64,000 nucleotides of DNA from Planctomycetota bacterium (GTDB taxonomy: Bacteria > Planctomycetota > B15-G4), in NCBI GenBank assembly GCA_965248575.1, contig CBDFJQ010000002.1, positions 1,984,001-2,048,000 of the forward strand, given 5' to 3'. Under the pieces are notes generated by a model. That model was not told the DNA's origin. It ran no database searches and saw only the letters and a program-made list of their open reading frames with translations. Every line of letters begins with the position of its first letter. The stretch's first letter is position 1. Positions 1-8,426 of the stretch are shown piece after piece. A program made the translations under genes and the position numbers.

Positions 1-444
1 AAGGCCGCGGGGGAGCAGAGGAGCGAGGCTGGTGGCTAGCGCGTCAACGGCGGCGTTGAATGGACTCGTGGCAACGCTTGATGTGATGGGGTAGTGACTC
101 AGGAAGCCGCTCGAGAGTGTGAAGGACGCTCCGTCTGTTGCGAAGTCAGCTCCGACGCGTACCAGATTTAGCTGCGCGAGGAATTTCCGTCGGAAGCCCA
201 GTTCAAAATCGCCATCCGTCAGTTGGTCATAGGGCCTGAACGTACTGTCCCCACCCACGACACACACCAGCCCGTCAAAACTCCCCACGGACTCGAACAT
301 CGACCGAACGGACTCCCCGTCCGTGTAGTCAACCTGAAGATCGCCGCTGCGAGAGCCCACCGACACGATCTCGTGGCGCGGCTCGAGTTCTCGCGTGATT
401 GCGCGACCGATCTTTCCGGTGGCCCCAAGCACGATGATCTTCAC
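1..444 (-). CDS. Short-chain dehydrogenase/reductase, cassette-borne, runs off the left edge (3' partial)
   Basis: Not in the ORF track. Translated by hand from GTG at 444: MKIIVLGATGKIGRAI (GxxGxxG Rossmann motif)...SFTLSSG...NAAVDA, open to position 1, purine-rich RBS upstream. Confidence 0.85.
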   Translation of the reverse strand, partial: MKIIVLGATGKIGRAITRELEPRHEIVSVGSRSGDLQVDYTDGESVRSMFESVGSFDGLVCVVGGDSTFRPYDQLTDGDFELGFRRKFLAQLNLVRVGADFATDGASFTLSSGFLSHYPITSSVATSPFNAAVDALATSLAPLLPRGL

Positions 445-484
445 GGCATTCACTCCCCTTCCAGAGATCTCTCGGGTGGTCTCA

Positions 485-560
485 CGCCAACGGTCCTACT
501 GCTCGCCAGCCGTAGTGTAGCGAAGCGAAACGGAGGTCTGTCAGCTACGGCTAGTTGGCC
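485..560 (-). repeat. attC site
   Basis: GCCAAC (486-491) ... GTTGGC (554-559) with inner inverted repeat AGCCGTAG/CTACGGCT, lying between two ORFs. Confidence 0.75.
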
Positions 561-603
561 CAGCTTGTGACGGGCGACTCGCCGGGCCGCAGGGAGCAGA
601 CGG

Positions 604-1578
604 TCAGAGCATCGTCATGGCCGCGCTGCCTCTCTTGTGGCCCGAGTCGACGAGGGCATGCGCCTCGCTCGCGCGATCCATCGGGAAGCTCCCGCCGATC
701 ACCGGCTGGAGTTCACCGGCTTCGACAAGCCCGCGCAGGAACACCAGGTCCTGCGACTTCTCGGTCGCAGAACGCAGGCCCGCGAACGAGATCTTCGCCT
801 TCTTCCTGCCGAACATCGACGTCCACAGCATCTGTGCCATGATCGCGAGCGATGGGACTGTGCGGAGGTAGGTCCCGTTCGCCGTCAACGAACGCTTGCA
901 GCGTGAAAACGAGCTCTTGGCAACGGCGTCGAAGAGGATGTCGTACGTGCGGCCGTTCGTGGCGAAGTCGGCCTGCGTGTAGTCAATGACATGGTCGGCG
1001 CCGAGCGACGTCACGAGGTCCAGATTGGCCGTGCTGCAGACACCGGTGACCTCGGCGCCGAAGTGCTTGGCCAGCTGCACGGCTGACGATCCAACAGAGC
1101 CGGACGCGCCATTGATCAGCACCGTCTGTCCGCTCTGGATGCCTCCGACGTCGCGTAGGAAGGGCAGCGCTGTGAGGCCGCCCTCGCAGATCGCCGCGGC
1201 GTCAGCGAACGTGACCTCCTTCGGCATCAGCGCGAGTGCGCCGTCCTCGGGCAGGCAGATGAACTCTGCGTGCGCGCCGAGCTCCGTACCGCTGGCGGCG
1301 AACACGCGGTCGCCGACGCGAAAGCGGCTCACGCCCTCGTCGACAGCATCGACCTCTCCGGCGAACTCCGTGCCAAGGATCGGATTCTTGGGCCGCGTGA
1401 CGCCAGTGAAGAGCCTCGCGAACCACGGCGTGCCCGATCGAAATGCACTGTCCGCTGCTGACACGACGGCCGCGTGAATCTTGATCCGGACCTGGCTGTC
1501 TTCCGGCGTGGGCGTCTCCACGTCCTCAAGCGCAACGACCTTGGGCGTTCCGTAAAGGTGGTAGGCAATGGCTCTCAT
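604..1578 (-). CDS. NAD(P)-dependent medium-chain dehydrogenase / quinone oxidoreductase-like (cassette)
   Basis: Start reassigned to MRAIAY (1578) because the longer ORF runs through an attC. Motifs ILGTEFAGEV, VGDRVF, VLINGASGSVG, LGADHVIDY. Confidence 0.88.
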   Translation of the reverse strand: MRAIAYHLYGTPKVVALEDVETPTPEDSQVRIKIHAAVVSAADSAFRSGTPWFARLFTGVTRPKNPILGTEFAGEVDAVDEGVSRFRVGDRVFAASGTELGAHAEFICLPEDGALALMPKEVTFADAAAICEGGLTALPFLRDVGGIQSGQTVLINGASGSVGSSAVQLAKHFGAEVTGVCSTANLDLVTSLGADHVIDYTQADFATNGRTYDILFDAVAKSSFSRCKRSLTANGTYLRTVPSLAIMAQMLWTSMFGRKKAKISFAGLRSATEKSQDLVFLRGLVEAGELQPVIGGSFPMDRASEAHALVDSGHKRGSAAMTML

Positions 1579-1633
1579 CGTCGCGCGATCATGCCACGGC
1601 GAACCCCGCGAACAGAGCATGCGACTCAGGTCC

Positions 1634-1693
1634 GCCCAAGGCTTGGCACCAGCGACGGGGCGCTGCGCCAACCGCTGCATGCTGTTGTTGGGC
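1634..1693 (-). repeat. attC site, degenerate
   Basis: GCCCAAG (mutated core, expected GCCCAAC) ... GTTGGGC; 60 bp with CAGCG/CGCTG inner arms. Confidence 0.7.
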
Positions 1694-1722
1694 GGCGCAC
1701 CCCGCATGAATCTCCGATCGAT

Positions 1723-2475
1723 TCACCGCTGCGCCTGATGCTCGGCGGCCGGCTCGAAGAAGATGGGCTGCCCCACCGCGAGGCGCCCGCATCGAACGAC
1801 GGTGCCGTAGACACCAGCCCGGTTGTTCCTCTCCCGAACAACCGCCTTCAGCAGCTCGGGTGCGGGGCGTGCAGAGTCAGGGTCGTAATTGACCATCGAG
1901 CAGCGCTCATCGCGGTTGGTGATGGCGATGGTCGTAGCCTCGTTGGATTGTCCGAACGAGAGCAGCCCCCCCACCCATTCGTCCTCCTCGAAGGGAAGTG
2001 ATCGCAGTGCCTTGATCAAGATGTTCGGTCGGAATCTGCGGACGTCGGGACCGTGCGCCGCGAGCCTCCCGATTTCCGCAACCGTGGCGGAGGAAATCAT
2101 GGACACGCTCGCTTCGTCGAAGATGCCACGGTCGAGGTGCATCATCTCGACCGGTGAACCGCAGCGGCGACCGACGTCGCTCGCCAGCTCTTGACCGAAC
2201 ACGGCGAGCTCTTCTCCTTCTGGCGTACGAACATGCGTCGGGAGGCTTCCATCGACGACAGGTTCGCGCCGCAGTGGAGCAAAGAGAATCAGCTTCGGGA
2301 GCTTGGTGGCGGTCAGCCAGGGGAAGCCGCCGTGATCGTCAACCCGACGGAATGCCAAGCGTCGGTCGCCGTCAAGACCGTGCCAGCCTAGGTCGGCGAC
2401 GCCCAAGGGTTCGCCACTCATGGACTTCACGGGGTACCGGAAGAGCGCTTCGACTTCACCGATCTTGATAGGCAT
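1723..2475 (-). CDS. MOSC domain protein (cassette)
   Basis: Start MPIKIG (2475). Motifs LFRYPVKSM, GLDGDRR, RRFRPNI, RCSMVN, GRLAVG. Confidence 0.9.
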   Translation of the reverse strand: MPIKIGEVEALFRYPVKSMSGEPLGVADLGWHGLDGDRRLAFRRVDDHGGFPWLTATKLPKLILFAPLRREPVVDGSLPTHVRTPEGEELAVFGQELASDVGRRCGSPVEMMHLDRGIFDEASVSMISSATVAEIGRLAAHGPDVRRFRPNILIKALRSLPFEEDEWVGGLLSFGQSNEATTIAITNRDERCSMVNYDPDSARPAPELLKAVVRERNNRAGVYGTVVRCGRLAVGQPIFFEPAAEHQAQR

Positions 2476-2488
2476 GTTTTGGTCGTCC

Positions 2489-2592
2489 GCCCAACGTTCT
2501 TGCGGTTCAGCTGCGGGCCGATTCTGGCGCCCTGGATGCGCTAGCAGCCAGGGCAACAGGTGTGTTTCGTCTGTTGCGAGCGCTAGTTGGGC
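2489..2592 (-). repeat. attC site (long, 104 bp)
   Basis: GCCCAAC ... GTTGGGC, central GCCCTGG/CCAGGGC hairpin, TGCGGTTCAGC box shared with other attC sites. Confidence 0.8.
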
Positions 2593-2636
2593 CTGCAATC
2601 TGCGCAGGCGCCACCCGAGCGCCAGCCCTTCGCCCA

Positions 2637-2975
2637 CTATCCAATTTGTTGAATCACATTCCGACCACCACCGGGCCTGGATGCCCATTCAAAGTGCTCG
2701 ACGATCTGCAGCCTCGATTGCTCGTCCACGCGTAGCTCGCATTTTGATGCGCCACCGTTCAGCACACCGCCGACTTCCAACTGGCAATAGCGAAACTCAA
2801 AGACGTTTCCGGTAACGATTCCGACCAGGAAAGCACGCTCGATTTTGCCGCCGCTGTATTCTGCGTGAACGCTCTGCCCCTCCTGTCGAAACTCGAAGAT
2901 CGTGCGTTCATCGATCACACCGTTTTCATCAGTTTCGACAGCGTTCATTCTGAGGTCGTTCAGGTTGAACTCCAC
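2637..2975 (-). CDS. Hypothetical small beta-rich protein (cassette)
   Basis: 112-aa ORF filling the space between two attC sites; GGAG RBS upstream. Confidence 0.75.
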   Translation of the reverse strand: MEFNLNDLRMNAVETDENGVIDERTIFEFRQEGQSVHAEYSGGKIERAFLVGIVTGNVFEFRYCQLEVGGVLNGGASKCELRVDEQSRLQIVEHFEWASRPGGGRNVIQQIG

Positions 2976-2993
2976 GTCACGTCTCCAGGCTCT

Positions 2994-3059
2994 GTCTAAC
3001 GGACCTACGGCTCAGCGGCGGGCCGCGCAGCGGACCGTCCGCTGCAAGCGCCTGTAGGC
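2994..3059 (-). repeat. attC site (67-bp family, one-base deletion in the right core)
   Basis: GTCTAAC-ggacctacggctcagcggcgggccgcgcagcggaccgtccgctgcaagcgcct-GTAGGC. Confidence 0.85.
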
Positions 3060-3065
3060 AGGATC

Positions 3066-3404
3066 TCACGCACCTAGGAATGACTCAATGACTCCCGTGT
3101 CCTTCGCGACACGGATGACTATCCCTGACGGTGCGACGTATGGCCGAGGCCCTCTAAAATGGATGATCCAGCAGTTGTCGCGTTCGAGCACTTCGTAGTC
3201 GCTTGGCAGATAGGCATCTTGAGAGAAATTGCGGGCAGCGTATCGCTGCCCCAGATAGACGGCTAGTTCCAAGGTTGGAATGGAGCAAACCCCAGAGTGC
3301 TCGGCAAACACGCCGTGACTCGTGCAGCCCCGAGTGTGTGTGCCCTCCGTGGGAATGCTCGCACACCCCAAAGTCAGCAAGAGGAATGCGCTGATGTATC
3401 TCAT
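3066..3404 (-). CDS. Putative lipoprotein with possible NTF2-fold immunity-like C-terminus (cassette)
   Basis: Lipobox-like LLLTLG-C; C-terminal WIIHF...GIVIRVAKDTGVI pattern. Confidence 0.6.
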   Translation of the reverse strand: MRYISAFLLLTLGCASIPTEGTHTRGCTSHGVFAEHSGVCSIPTLELAVYLGQRYAARNFSQDAYLPSDYEVLERDNCWIIHFRGPRPYVAPSGIVIRVAKDTGVIESFLGA

Positions 3405-3408
3405 CGCT

Positions 3409-3474
3409 GCCTAACGGATTGTGGATCACCTAGGGGCGGCGAAGCCGGTCGTCTGGTGCAAGGCCGCGTTGGAC
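3409..3474 (-). repeat. attC site
   Basis: GCCTAAC ... GTTGGAC with a central GGC-GAA-GCC hairpin. Confidence 0.75.
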
Positions 3475-4034
3475 GCCTCGTCGACCTCGGCGTCCCCATC
3501 CGCTTGAAATGTCGCACGAAAACTCTCCTTGCCGGGAGGTGCCGGCCAGATGGGAATTCGCCTACCAAGCCAGTGCTTCAAGACCAGGTGTCGAAAGTAC
3601 TGCTCATGCTCCCATTCGACTTCGGCCATCGTGAGGAGGCAGTCGAGCCACTCTCGCCGACCGCAGGCGCGAGCCAGGCGTGCAGCCGTTTCGTATTCGC
3701 GGATATTCCGACTCTCGAGCCTCCCGGCGCCGTACATGGGGGCGAGCCAGCCAACCACGTGACAGAGTGCACCGAGAACTCGACCAATCGTCGCGGCACG
3801 AAGGTCGCGCAGCCGGCTTGGCGACACACCCAGGGAGTGGAGCATCTCGCCAACCTGGCGGCGGTGATGCCACTCTTCCTCTTCGATCGCCTGGATTCGA
3901 TCTCGCTCTTCTGTGTCAGATACTGATTTCCAGTGCCCGCGGTAAGCGTACGCGGCCGCCAATTCACCAGAGTAGGCAAGCTGCAGTAGCGCTGCGAGCT
4001 GTCGTTCGTGCTTGGCTGTCGTGCTTTCTTTCAC
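3426..4034 (-). CDS. Ferritin-like di-iron protein (COQ7/demethoxyubiquinone hydroxylase-like) (cassette)
   Basis: AYSGELAAAYAY, EEWHH, LESRNIREY, EWEHE: paired E...ExxH di-iron ligands. Confidence 0.78.
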   Translation of the reverse strand: MKESTTAKHERQLAALLQLAYSGELAAAYAYRGHWKSVSDTEERDRIQAIEEEEWHHRRQVGEMLHSLGVSPSRLRDLRAATIGRVLGALCHVVGWLAPMYGAGRLESRNIREYETAARLARACGRREWLDCLLTMAEVEWEHEQYFRHLVLKHWLGRRIPIWPAPPGKESFRATFQADGDAEVDEASNAALHQTTGFAAPR

Positions 4035-4053
4035 AGCGCTCTCAGAGTCGTGC

Positions 4054-4101
4054 GTCTAGCGGCGGGGCGAAGCCTGGTCCGTCTGCTGCAGCTTGTTGGG
4101 C
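4054..4101 (-). repeat. attC site with internal deletion
   Basis: GTCT joined directly to AGCGGCGGGGCGAAGCC...GCTTGTTGGGC; about 15 bp of the left arm is missing relative to sister sites. Confidence 0.65.
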
Positions 4102-4114
4102 GGCATCGGAGGCA

Positions 4115-4363
4115 TCACGTGTCGGCCTTCGACTTTCGCTGGATCAGGACAAGGTGCACGCCGAACGCGAGAGTGGCGGGGATGTTGCCGAACAGCCCCG
4201 CCCAGAACCACTTGTTGGAGTACCAAGGCTCCTTCACACCGTGATGGTGCGTCGAGAGCAGGTGGCAGCAGATGGCGCTCGACAGCGCAAAGGCACCGGC
4301 AACGTCGTGATGATGGATCTCCATGCTACGCGCTCCGACTGATGAGAGTGGGTCGTCTTTCAT
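4115..4363 (-). CDS. Hypothetical small membrane protein (cassette, start uncertain)
   Basis: Only ORF between two attC sites; hydrophobic C-terminus (WFWAGLFGNIPATLAFGVHLVLI). Confidence 0.5.
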   Translation of the reverse strand: MKDDPLSSVGARSMEIHHHDVAGAFALSSAICCHLLSTHHHGVKEPWYSNKWFWAGLFGNIPATLAFGVHLVLIQRKSKADT

Positions 4364-4380
4364 CCATGTGCTGCTGACTC

Positions 4381-4447
4381 GCCCGACGGACCTGCGGTTC
4401 AGCGGAGGGTCGCGCAGCGAACCGTCCGCTGCAAGCGCTTGCTAGGC
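4381..4447 (-). repeat. attC site (67-bp family, both cores mutated)
   Basis: GCCCGAC ... GCTAGGC, with a body close to the family consensus. Confidence 0.82.
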
Positions 4448-4452
4448 GCCGA

Positions 4453-4773
4453 TCAGGCACGTGACCAACCACGGAAGCCCACAGCATACGCTGCGGCACC
4501 AAGCAGGAGGGCAAAGTACAGGCCTGGCACGACGAACAGTTCGTAGGACGAAATGCTCTCTGCACTCTCGGAAAAGAAACGGAACGCCACTTCGTAGACG
4601 GCGTACACAAACCAAGATATCGCGGCCGCCAAGATGACAAGCATTCGAATCGAGGCGGCACGGCTTGATGACCCTGCGACACTGACGACGACGGCTCCAG
4701 CCAAGAGGGCGACGAGCACGGCAGCACCTGGAAAACTGAACACCTGCCGGTGGAACTCGAAGAGCCCGTTCAC
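4453..4773 (-). CDS. Hypothetical membrane protein, about 3 TM segments (cassette)
   Basis: 106-aa hydrophobic ORF with GAAGGGG RBS, bounded by attC sites. Confidence 0.7.
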   Translation of the reverse strand: MNGLFEFHRQVFSFPGAAVLVALLAGAVVVSVAGSSSRAASIRMLVILAAAISWFVYAVYEVAFRFFSESAESISSYELFVVPGLYFALLLGAAAYAVGFRGWSRA

Positions 4774-4792
4774 AATCGCGTCCCCTTCGTCG

Positions 4793-4859
4793 GCCTGACG
4801 TTGTTGCGGTTCAGCGGCGGGCCGCGCAGCGGACCGTCCGCTGCAAGCGCTTGTTAGCT
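4793..4859 (-). repeat. attC site (67-bp family)
   Basis: GCCTGAC ... GTTAGCT. The TAA stop of the upstream gene lies inside the inverse core, as is typical of cassettes. Confidence 0.85.
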
Positions 4860-5075
4860 AATGCGCGCACGACGGCCGCGCTCCTGGAGGCGATTGGATT
4901 CGTGCACGTTGTCTACAACCCAGACCACGAAGACGGCGACCACAACCAAGCCCAGGAGAGGATGGATCAGCCAAAGGCCTCCAGCAAGAGCCGGTACGAC
5001 AAAGAGCAGCATGAAGACATGGAGATCCCAGTTCTGGATATGCCTGATCCGTCGTCCTTTGCCCTGCTCCTTCAT
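4854..5075 (-). CDS. Hypothetical small 2-TM membrane protein (cassette)
   Basis: Start MKEQGK (5075) chosen because the longer ORF enters an attC; two hydrophobic helices. Confidence 0.65.
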   Translation of the reverse strand: MKEQGKGRRIRHIQNWDLHVFMLLFVVPALAGGLWLIHPLLGLVVVAVFVVWVVDNVHESNRLQERGRRARIS

Positions 5076-5088
5076 GACTGTTCCATCT

Positions 5089-5153
5089 GCCCTAGCGTAT
5101 CTGCCGATCAACGGCGGGGCGTAGCCCGGTCTGCCTGCTACGGCTTGTTAGGC
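5089..5153 (-). repeat. attC site, degenerate
   Basis: GCCCTAGC ... GTTAGGC with a central GGGC-GTA-GCCC hairpin. Confidence 0.7.
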
Positions 5154-5168
5154 AGGAGCACCTAGATC

Positions 5169-5630
5169 TCAACGAGTCCATTCGGCAGTGTCGTCTACAT
5201 ACAGAGCGACTCGGCGAAGGGAAGAAACTGCCACTTCGTCAGGTGATTGGAACAGCATGGCCGTACCGCCGCCACCGTCTGGTTTCACTGTGTGGGAAGT
5301 GCCGTCGGCTAGGGTGAAGACAACCCGAAGGTCTTCGTACGGGGCGTTGATGAATGCATTTGGCGTGTTAAGCCCTACGAAGACGCCGAGTGCTGGACGG
5401 TCGAGACCAACGATGAGGGCACCACCCTGCACTGCATTGCTTACACGGAAGCCAGTGGCGGTAGCACCAGGAGCACCGTCGAGGGGGCCGCGTTCGGATG
5501 CGTAGATGGACACGTCGTGCTCCATGAGCTGGCGCCACTGTACGTTCTCGGCATCCTGGACAACCGGATTCGGAATCAAGACGGTGGCGCCGATGCTGAG
5601 CAACGCTGCGACTAGAATGATGGCCTTCAT
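5169..5630 (-). CDS. Hypothetical secreted protein (cassette)
   Basis: Signal peptide MKAIILVAALLSIGA; GAGGAG RBS. Confidence 0.75.
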   Translation of the reverse strand: MKAIILVAALLSIGATVLIPNPVVQDAENVQWRQLMEHDVSIYASERGPLDGAPGATATGFRVSNAVQGGALIVGLDRPALGVFVGLNTPNAFINAPYEDLRVVFTLADGTSHTVKPDGGGGTAMLFQSPDEVAVSSLRRVALYVDDTAEWTR

Positions 5631-5650
5631 TGTGTGCTCCTCGAATCCCT

Positions 5651-5717
5651 GTCTAACGGATCTGCGGTTCAGCGGCGGGGCGCGCAGCGGACCGTCCGCT
5701 GCTAGCGCATGTTAGAC
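5651..5717 (-). repeat. attC site (67-bp family, intact)
   Basis: GTCTAAC ... GTTAGAC, perfect cores. Confidence 0.92.
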
Positions 5718-5723
5718 AGCCTC

Positions 5724-6038
5724 TCATCTTCCCGTGATTTCCGCGGCTTCCACGAACTGCTTCCTTTCGAATACAGTGCTGATGTCTGCATAGACGACGC
5801 CTTCCTTCCACATGCGGACACGCACCTCTGTTCCAGGCTCCAGCACTCCTCGGATGGACGCCCTCCCCTCGAGCGGATACGCCGTAACTGCATCGAGCTC
5901 ATGCACGAGCTCGAACGGTTCGCCAGGGCTAGCTCCCCAGATGGCATCTGAGCTAGCAACCCGATACCCAAGCATGTAGCCGACGCCCAGCAGCGCCACC
6001 GCGCCAAGCCAACTCAACGCTACCCTTCTCTTGGCCAT
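5724..6038 (-). CDS. Hypothetical secreted or membrane-anchored protein (cassette)
   Basis: N-terminal hydrophobic helix; AGAGGAG RBS. Confidence 0.72.
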   Translation of the reverse strand: MAKRRVALSWLGAVALLGVGYMLGYRVASSDAIWGASPGEPFELVHELDAVTAYPLEGRASIRGVLEPGTEVRVRMWKEGVVYADISTVFERKQFVEAAEITGR

Positions 6039-6055
6039 ACGCTCCTCTGCTGTCT

Positions 6056-6122
6056 GTCTAACGTACCTGCCGTTCAGCGGCGGACCGCGAAGCGGACCGT
6101 CCGTTGCAAGCGCTTGTTAGAC
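6056..6122 (-). repeat. attC site (67-bp family, intact)
   Basis: GTCTAAC ... GTTAGAC. Confidence 0.92.
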
Positions 6123-6164
6123 GGCCTTCACTACGCAATGGGCACCTCAACGTCGGCTGAAGCG

Positions 6165-6725
6165 CTAGGCAGCATTCGGGGCCTCCGACTCACCGACCGA
6201 CTGGAGACCCTCGATCTCCCTCGACAAGCGCATGGTCCGTACGACATCAAATGTACAGGCCCCGGCGATGAGTCCGGTGATGATCAGATTGAAACCAAGA
6301 CTCGGACCCTCCGGTACCAAGATGGCGCCGAACACCGACCAACCGGTGGCCACGAGGCCGACGGCCAGCCGGATCCGAAGCCTCTTCCGCATGCGGCGCG
6401 TGACCTCGGAGTACTCGCCGGCTCGGAAGAGCTGCTTTTCCATGTACAGCATCCGTGCCTCGTGATCATCGCCCCCCTGGTGCGACGGCCGTGGCCAGAC
6501 CGACCGACATAACTGGAATGAGGTCACGCCCGAGAGTGCATAGCCGATGATGGTCACCGTATGACCGGCCCACTCCGTGTCGGGCAGGATGGCAGCCACC
6601 GGCAAGAGGAGGAGGGCCGCGAAGAAGTTGAACACGGAGACCAGCAACGGGAAGACCATGAGCACGATAAGTAACTTCTCGAGCATGGGGTGTATCCCCT
6701 CGGTTCTCGTGGGGCTCCTAGCCAC
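6165..6725 (-). CDS. Hypothetical membrane protein, about 4 TM segments (cassette; may start at MLEKLL, 6686)
   Basis: Two hydrophobic hairpins separated by a charged linker. Confidence 0.65.
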   Translation of the reverse strand: MARSPTRTEGIHPMLEKLLIVLMVFPLLVSVFNFFAALLLLPVAAILPDTEWAGHTVTIIGYALSGVTSFQLCRSVWPRPSHQGGDDHEARMLYMEKQLFRAGEYSEVTRRMRKRLRIRLAVGLVATGWSVFGAILVPEGPSLGFNLIITGLIAGACTFDVVRTMRLSREIEGLQSVGESEAPNAA

Positions 6726-6737
6726 GACGCGCAGTCT

Positions 6738-6868
6738 GTCTAACGTTTAGCATCAGCTGCGCATGTTCTTGGCGCGGCAGCTGCCTGCAGTGAATTGCTA
6801 CCCTTGAATGATGCTACACAGCAGCTGGCGTGACAAGGGCAGGCGTCAGTTGCATGCGTCTGTTAGGC
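6738..6868 (-). repeat. attC site (long, 131 bp)
   Basis: GTCTAAC...GCATCAGCTG...CAGTTGCATGC...GTTAGGC with an inner CAGCTGC/GCAGCTG stem. Confidence 0.85.
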
Positions 6869-6921
6869 GGCGGCCGAGAAACGAGTTCGCTCTACTGGTC
6901 CTCATTGCGGGCGTTGGTGCC

Positions 6922-7308
6922 CTAACCGGAGCTACCCTTCTCCGATTTGCTTACGCCGCCCAGTAACGAATACACGTAAGAGATGGGCGCCCAGGTCACC
7001 GCCAGAAGAACCGCGCCTGCGACAGCGGTAATCAGACCGCGATCACCCCTGAGCAATAGATCTACTATCAAAATTAGTTGTGATCCAGCGACAACAAACG
7101 CAGCCTTGTATGCGCTCTTCATTTGTCGCGCTGTCCAATCAAAGAGCGCCACGCAGAGTACTACGTAGGTCAACAATCCAACCGCGGGGCTGACCTCCAA
7201 CCTGACGGAGTCTCCGTCAGCGATCGGCTTGAAGAACAAGAGCACGCCCACGAGGTTCGCAACGAACGCCGTTCCAACTGCAGCCAAAATTGGTTTCCAT
7301 CGGCTCAT
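6922..7308 (-). CDS. Hypothetical 4-TM membrane protein (cassette)
   Basis: 128-aa hydrophobic ORF between attC sites. Confidence 0.75.
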   Translation of the reverse strand: MSRWKPILAAVGTAFVANLVGVLLFFKPIADGDSVRLEVSPAVGLLTYVVLCVALFDWTARQMKSAYKAAFVVAGSQLILIVDLLLRGDRGLITAVAGAVLLAVTWAPISYVYSLLGGVSKSEKGSSG

Positions 7309-7383
7309 TGCGACCCCCAGGGTTCTCGAAATGGCGGCGTTGCAATACCCGCGCCCGCCGAGAGCTGAACGGCTCTCTCGTAA

Positions 7384-7444
7384 GTCTAACGGACTGGCGG
7401 TTCAGCGGCGGGCGAAGCCCGTCAGCTGCAGCGGCGGGTTAGGC
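7384..7444 (-). repeat. attC site (61 bp, intact)
   Basis: GTCTAAC ... GTTAGGC with a central CGGGC-GAA-GCCCG hairpin. Confidence 0.9.
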
Positions 7445-7446
7445 GG

Positions 7447-7950
7447 CTACGTGTCCAGTAGCTTCGCCATGTAGATCTCGTCCACAGGCCTTCCGTCGAC
7501 GACGAGAGAGCGCTTCTTGGTTCCCTCTTCTACGAAGCCCATCCCCTTGTACAACCCGATGGCCCGGGCGTTGTGGGCCATCACCGTCAGTTCCAGTCGA
7601 TGTATGTCCCTGGTGCGGGCCCACTCCTCAAGGTCGCGGAGAAGGATTTTACCTAGGCCTTGGCCGGTGAAGTCCTGCAGAACCCCCATCACTACGTGCA
7701 CACAGTGACGGTTCCGTCGATATGGCCCGCCGAGGCCCGCAACAAAGCCAACCGGCTTGCACGCTCTCTCCACAAGGAGGATTGTCTGGTTCCCGTTGGA
7801 AAGGGCACCCCGGATCCGCTCGCATTGCTGCTCTTCCGTGGTTGTCCGCTCTCCCGGCTCGAGGAGCATGAACTTGGTCTCCTCGTCGAGCCTCCTACAC
7901 AACGCAAGAAAGCCAGCCGCATCAGTTTCTTGGATCTCTCTGGTCGTCAT
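7447..7950 (-). CDS. GNAT family N-acetyltransferase (cassette)
   Basis: Acetyl-CoA motif FTGQGLGKIL, LELTVMAHNARAIGLYKGMGFVEEG, DEIYMAK. Confidence 0.92.
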   Translation of the reverse strand: MTTREIQETDAAGFLALCRRLDEETKFMLLEPGERTTTEEQQCERIRGALSNGNQTILLVERACKPVGFVAGLGGPYRRNRHCVHVVMGVLQDFTGQGLGKILLRDLEEWARTRDIHRLELTVMAHNARAIGLYKGMGFVEEGTKKRSLVVDGRPVDEIYMAKLLDT

Positions 7951-7992
7951 GCTGTCGAAGAGGCCTGGTCCGTGGGAGAGTCCGGCAAGTAC

Positions 7993-8059
7993 GCCTAACG
8001 GACCTGCCGTTCAGCGGCGGGCCGCGCAGCGGACCGTCCGCTGCAAGCGCTTGTTAGGC
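7993..8059 (-). repeat. attC site (67-bp family, intact, first in the array)
   Basis: GCCTAAC ... GTTAGGC. Confidence 0.93.
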
Positions 8060-8103
8060 AGTGCGTCTCTGCGTGAACTGTCCGCACTCCGATACTCCTC
8101 ACT

Positions 8104-8382
8104 TCACGACCTTTCAAGTCGGCGAAGATAGCGACTGCGAATCAGCAGACCCACGCATCCGCCTACGCAGCACGAGACGATGGCCCAATTCAGAAACACC
8201 TCGAAGCCAACGATATCGACCAAACGCGTGTCTACTCCTACGAAAAAGCCGACAACAGCCGCTGCGAACAGCACGGCATACGTCAATGCACCCGCTCGCC
8301 TCGAACTCCGGTATGCGACGAACCAACCGATCGCGCCGAAGACAACGACGGTACTGCACCGGCCAATTGTTTCAATATCCAT
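8104..8382 (-). CDS. Hypothetical 3-TM membrane protein (first cassette)
   Basis: 92-aa hydrophobic ORF between the attI-like site and the first attC. Confidence 0.7.
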   Translation of the reverse strand: MDIETIGRCSTVVVFGAIGWFVAYRSSRRAGALTYAVLFAAAVVGFFVGVDTRLVDIVGFEVFLNWAIVSCCVGGCVGLLIRSRYLRRLERS

Positions 8383-8426
8383 TGATGGTAACTCTGTCGA
8401 GCCCTAAGGCGTTCGGTTCATTAGAT

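Noticed and set aside
1579..2688. N-terminal extensions of ORFs 604..1707 and 1723..2688
   Set aside because: They run through attC sites or into the neighbouring cassette; family motifs begin at 1578 and 2475.
6123..6170. Possible extra attC remnant (GCTGAAGCGCTAGGC at the stop of the 6165 ORF)
   Set aside because: Only one degenerate half is present, with no partner arm.
485..8059. CRISPR array or REP/MITE reading of the repeats
   Set aside because: Spacers are whole genes of variable length, the repeats have attC-type cores, no cas genes are present, and I saw no copies outside the array.
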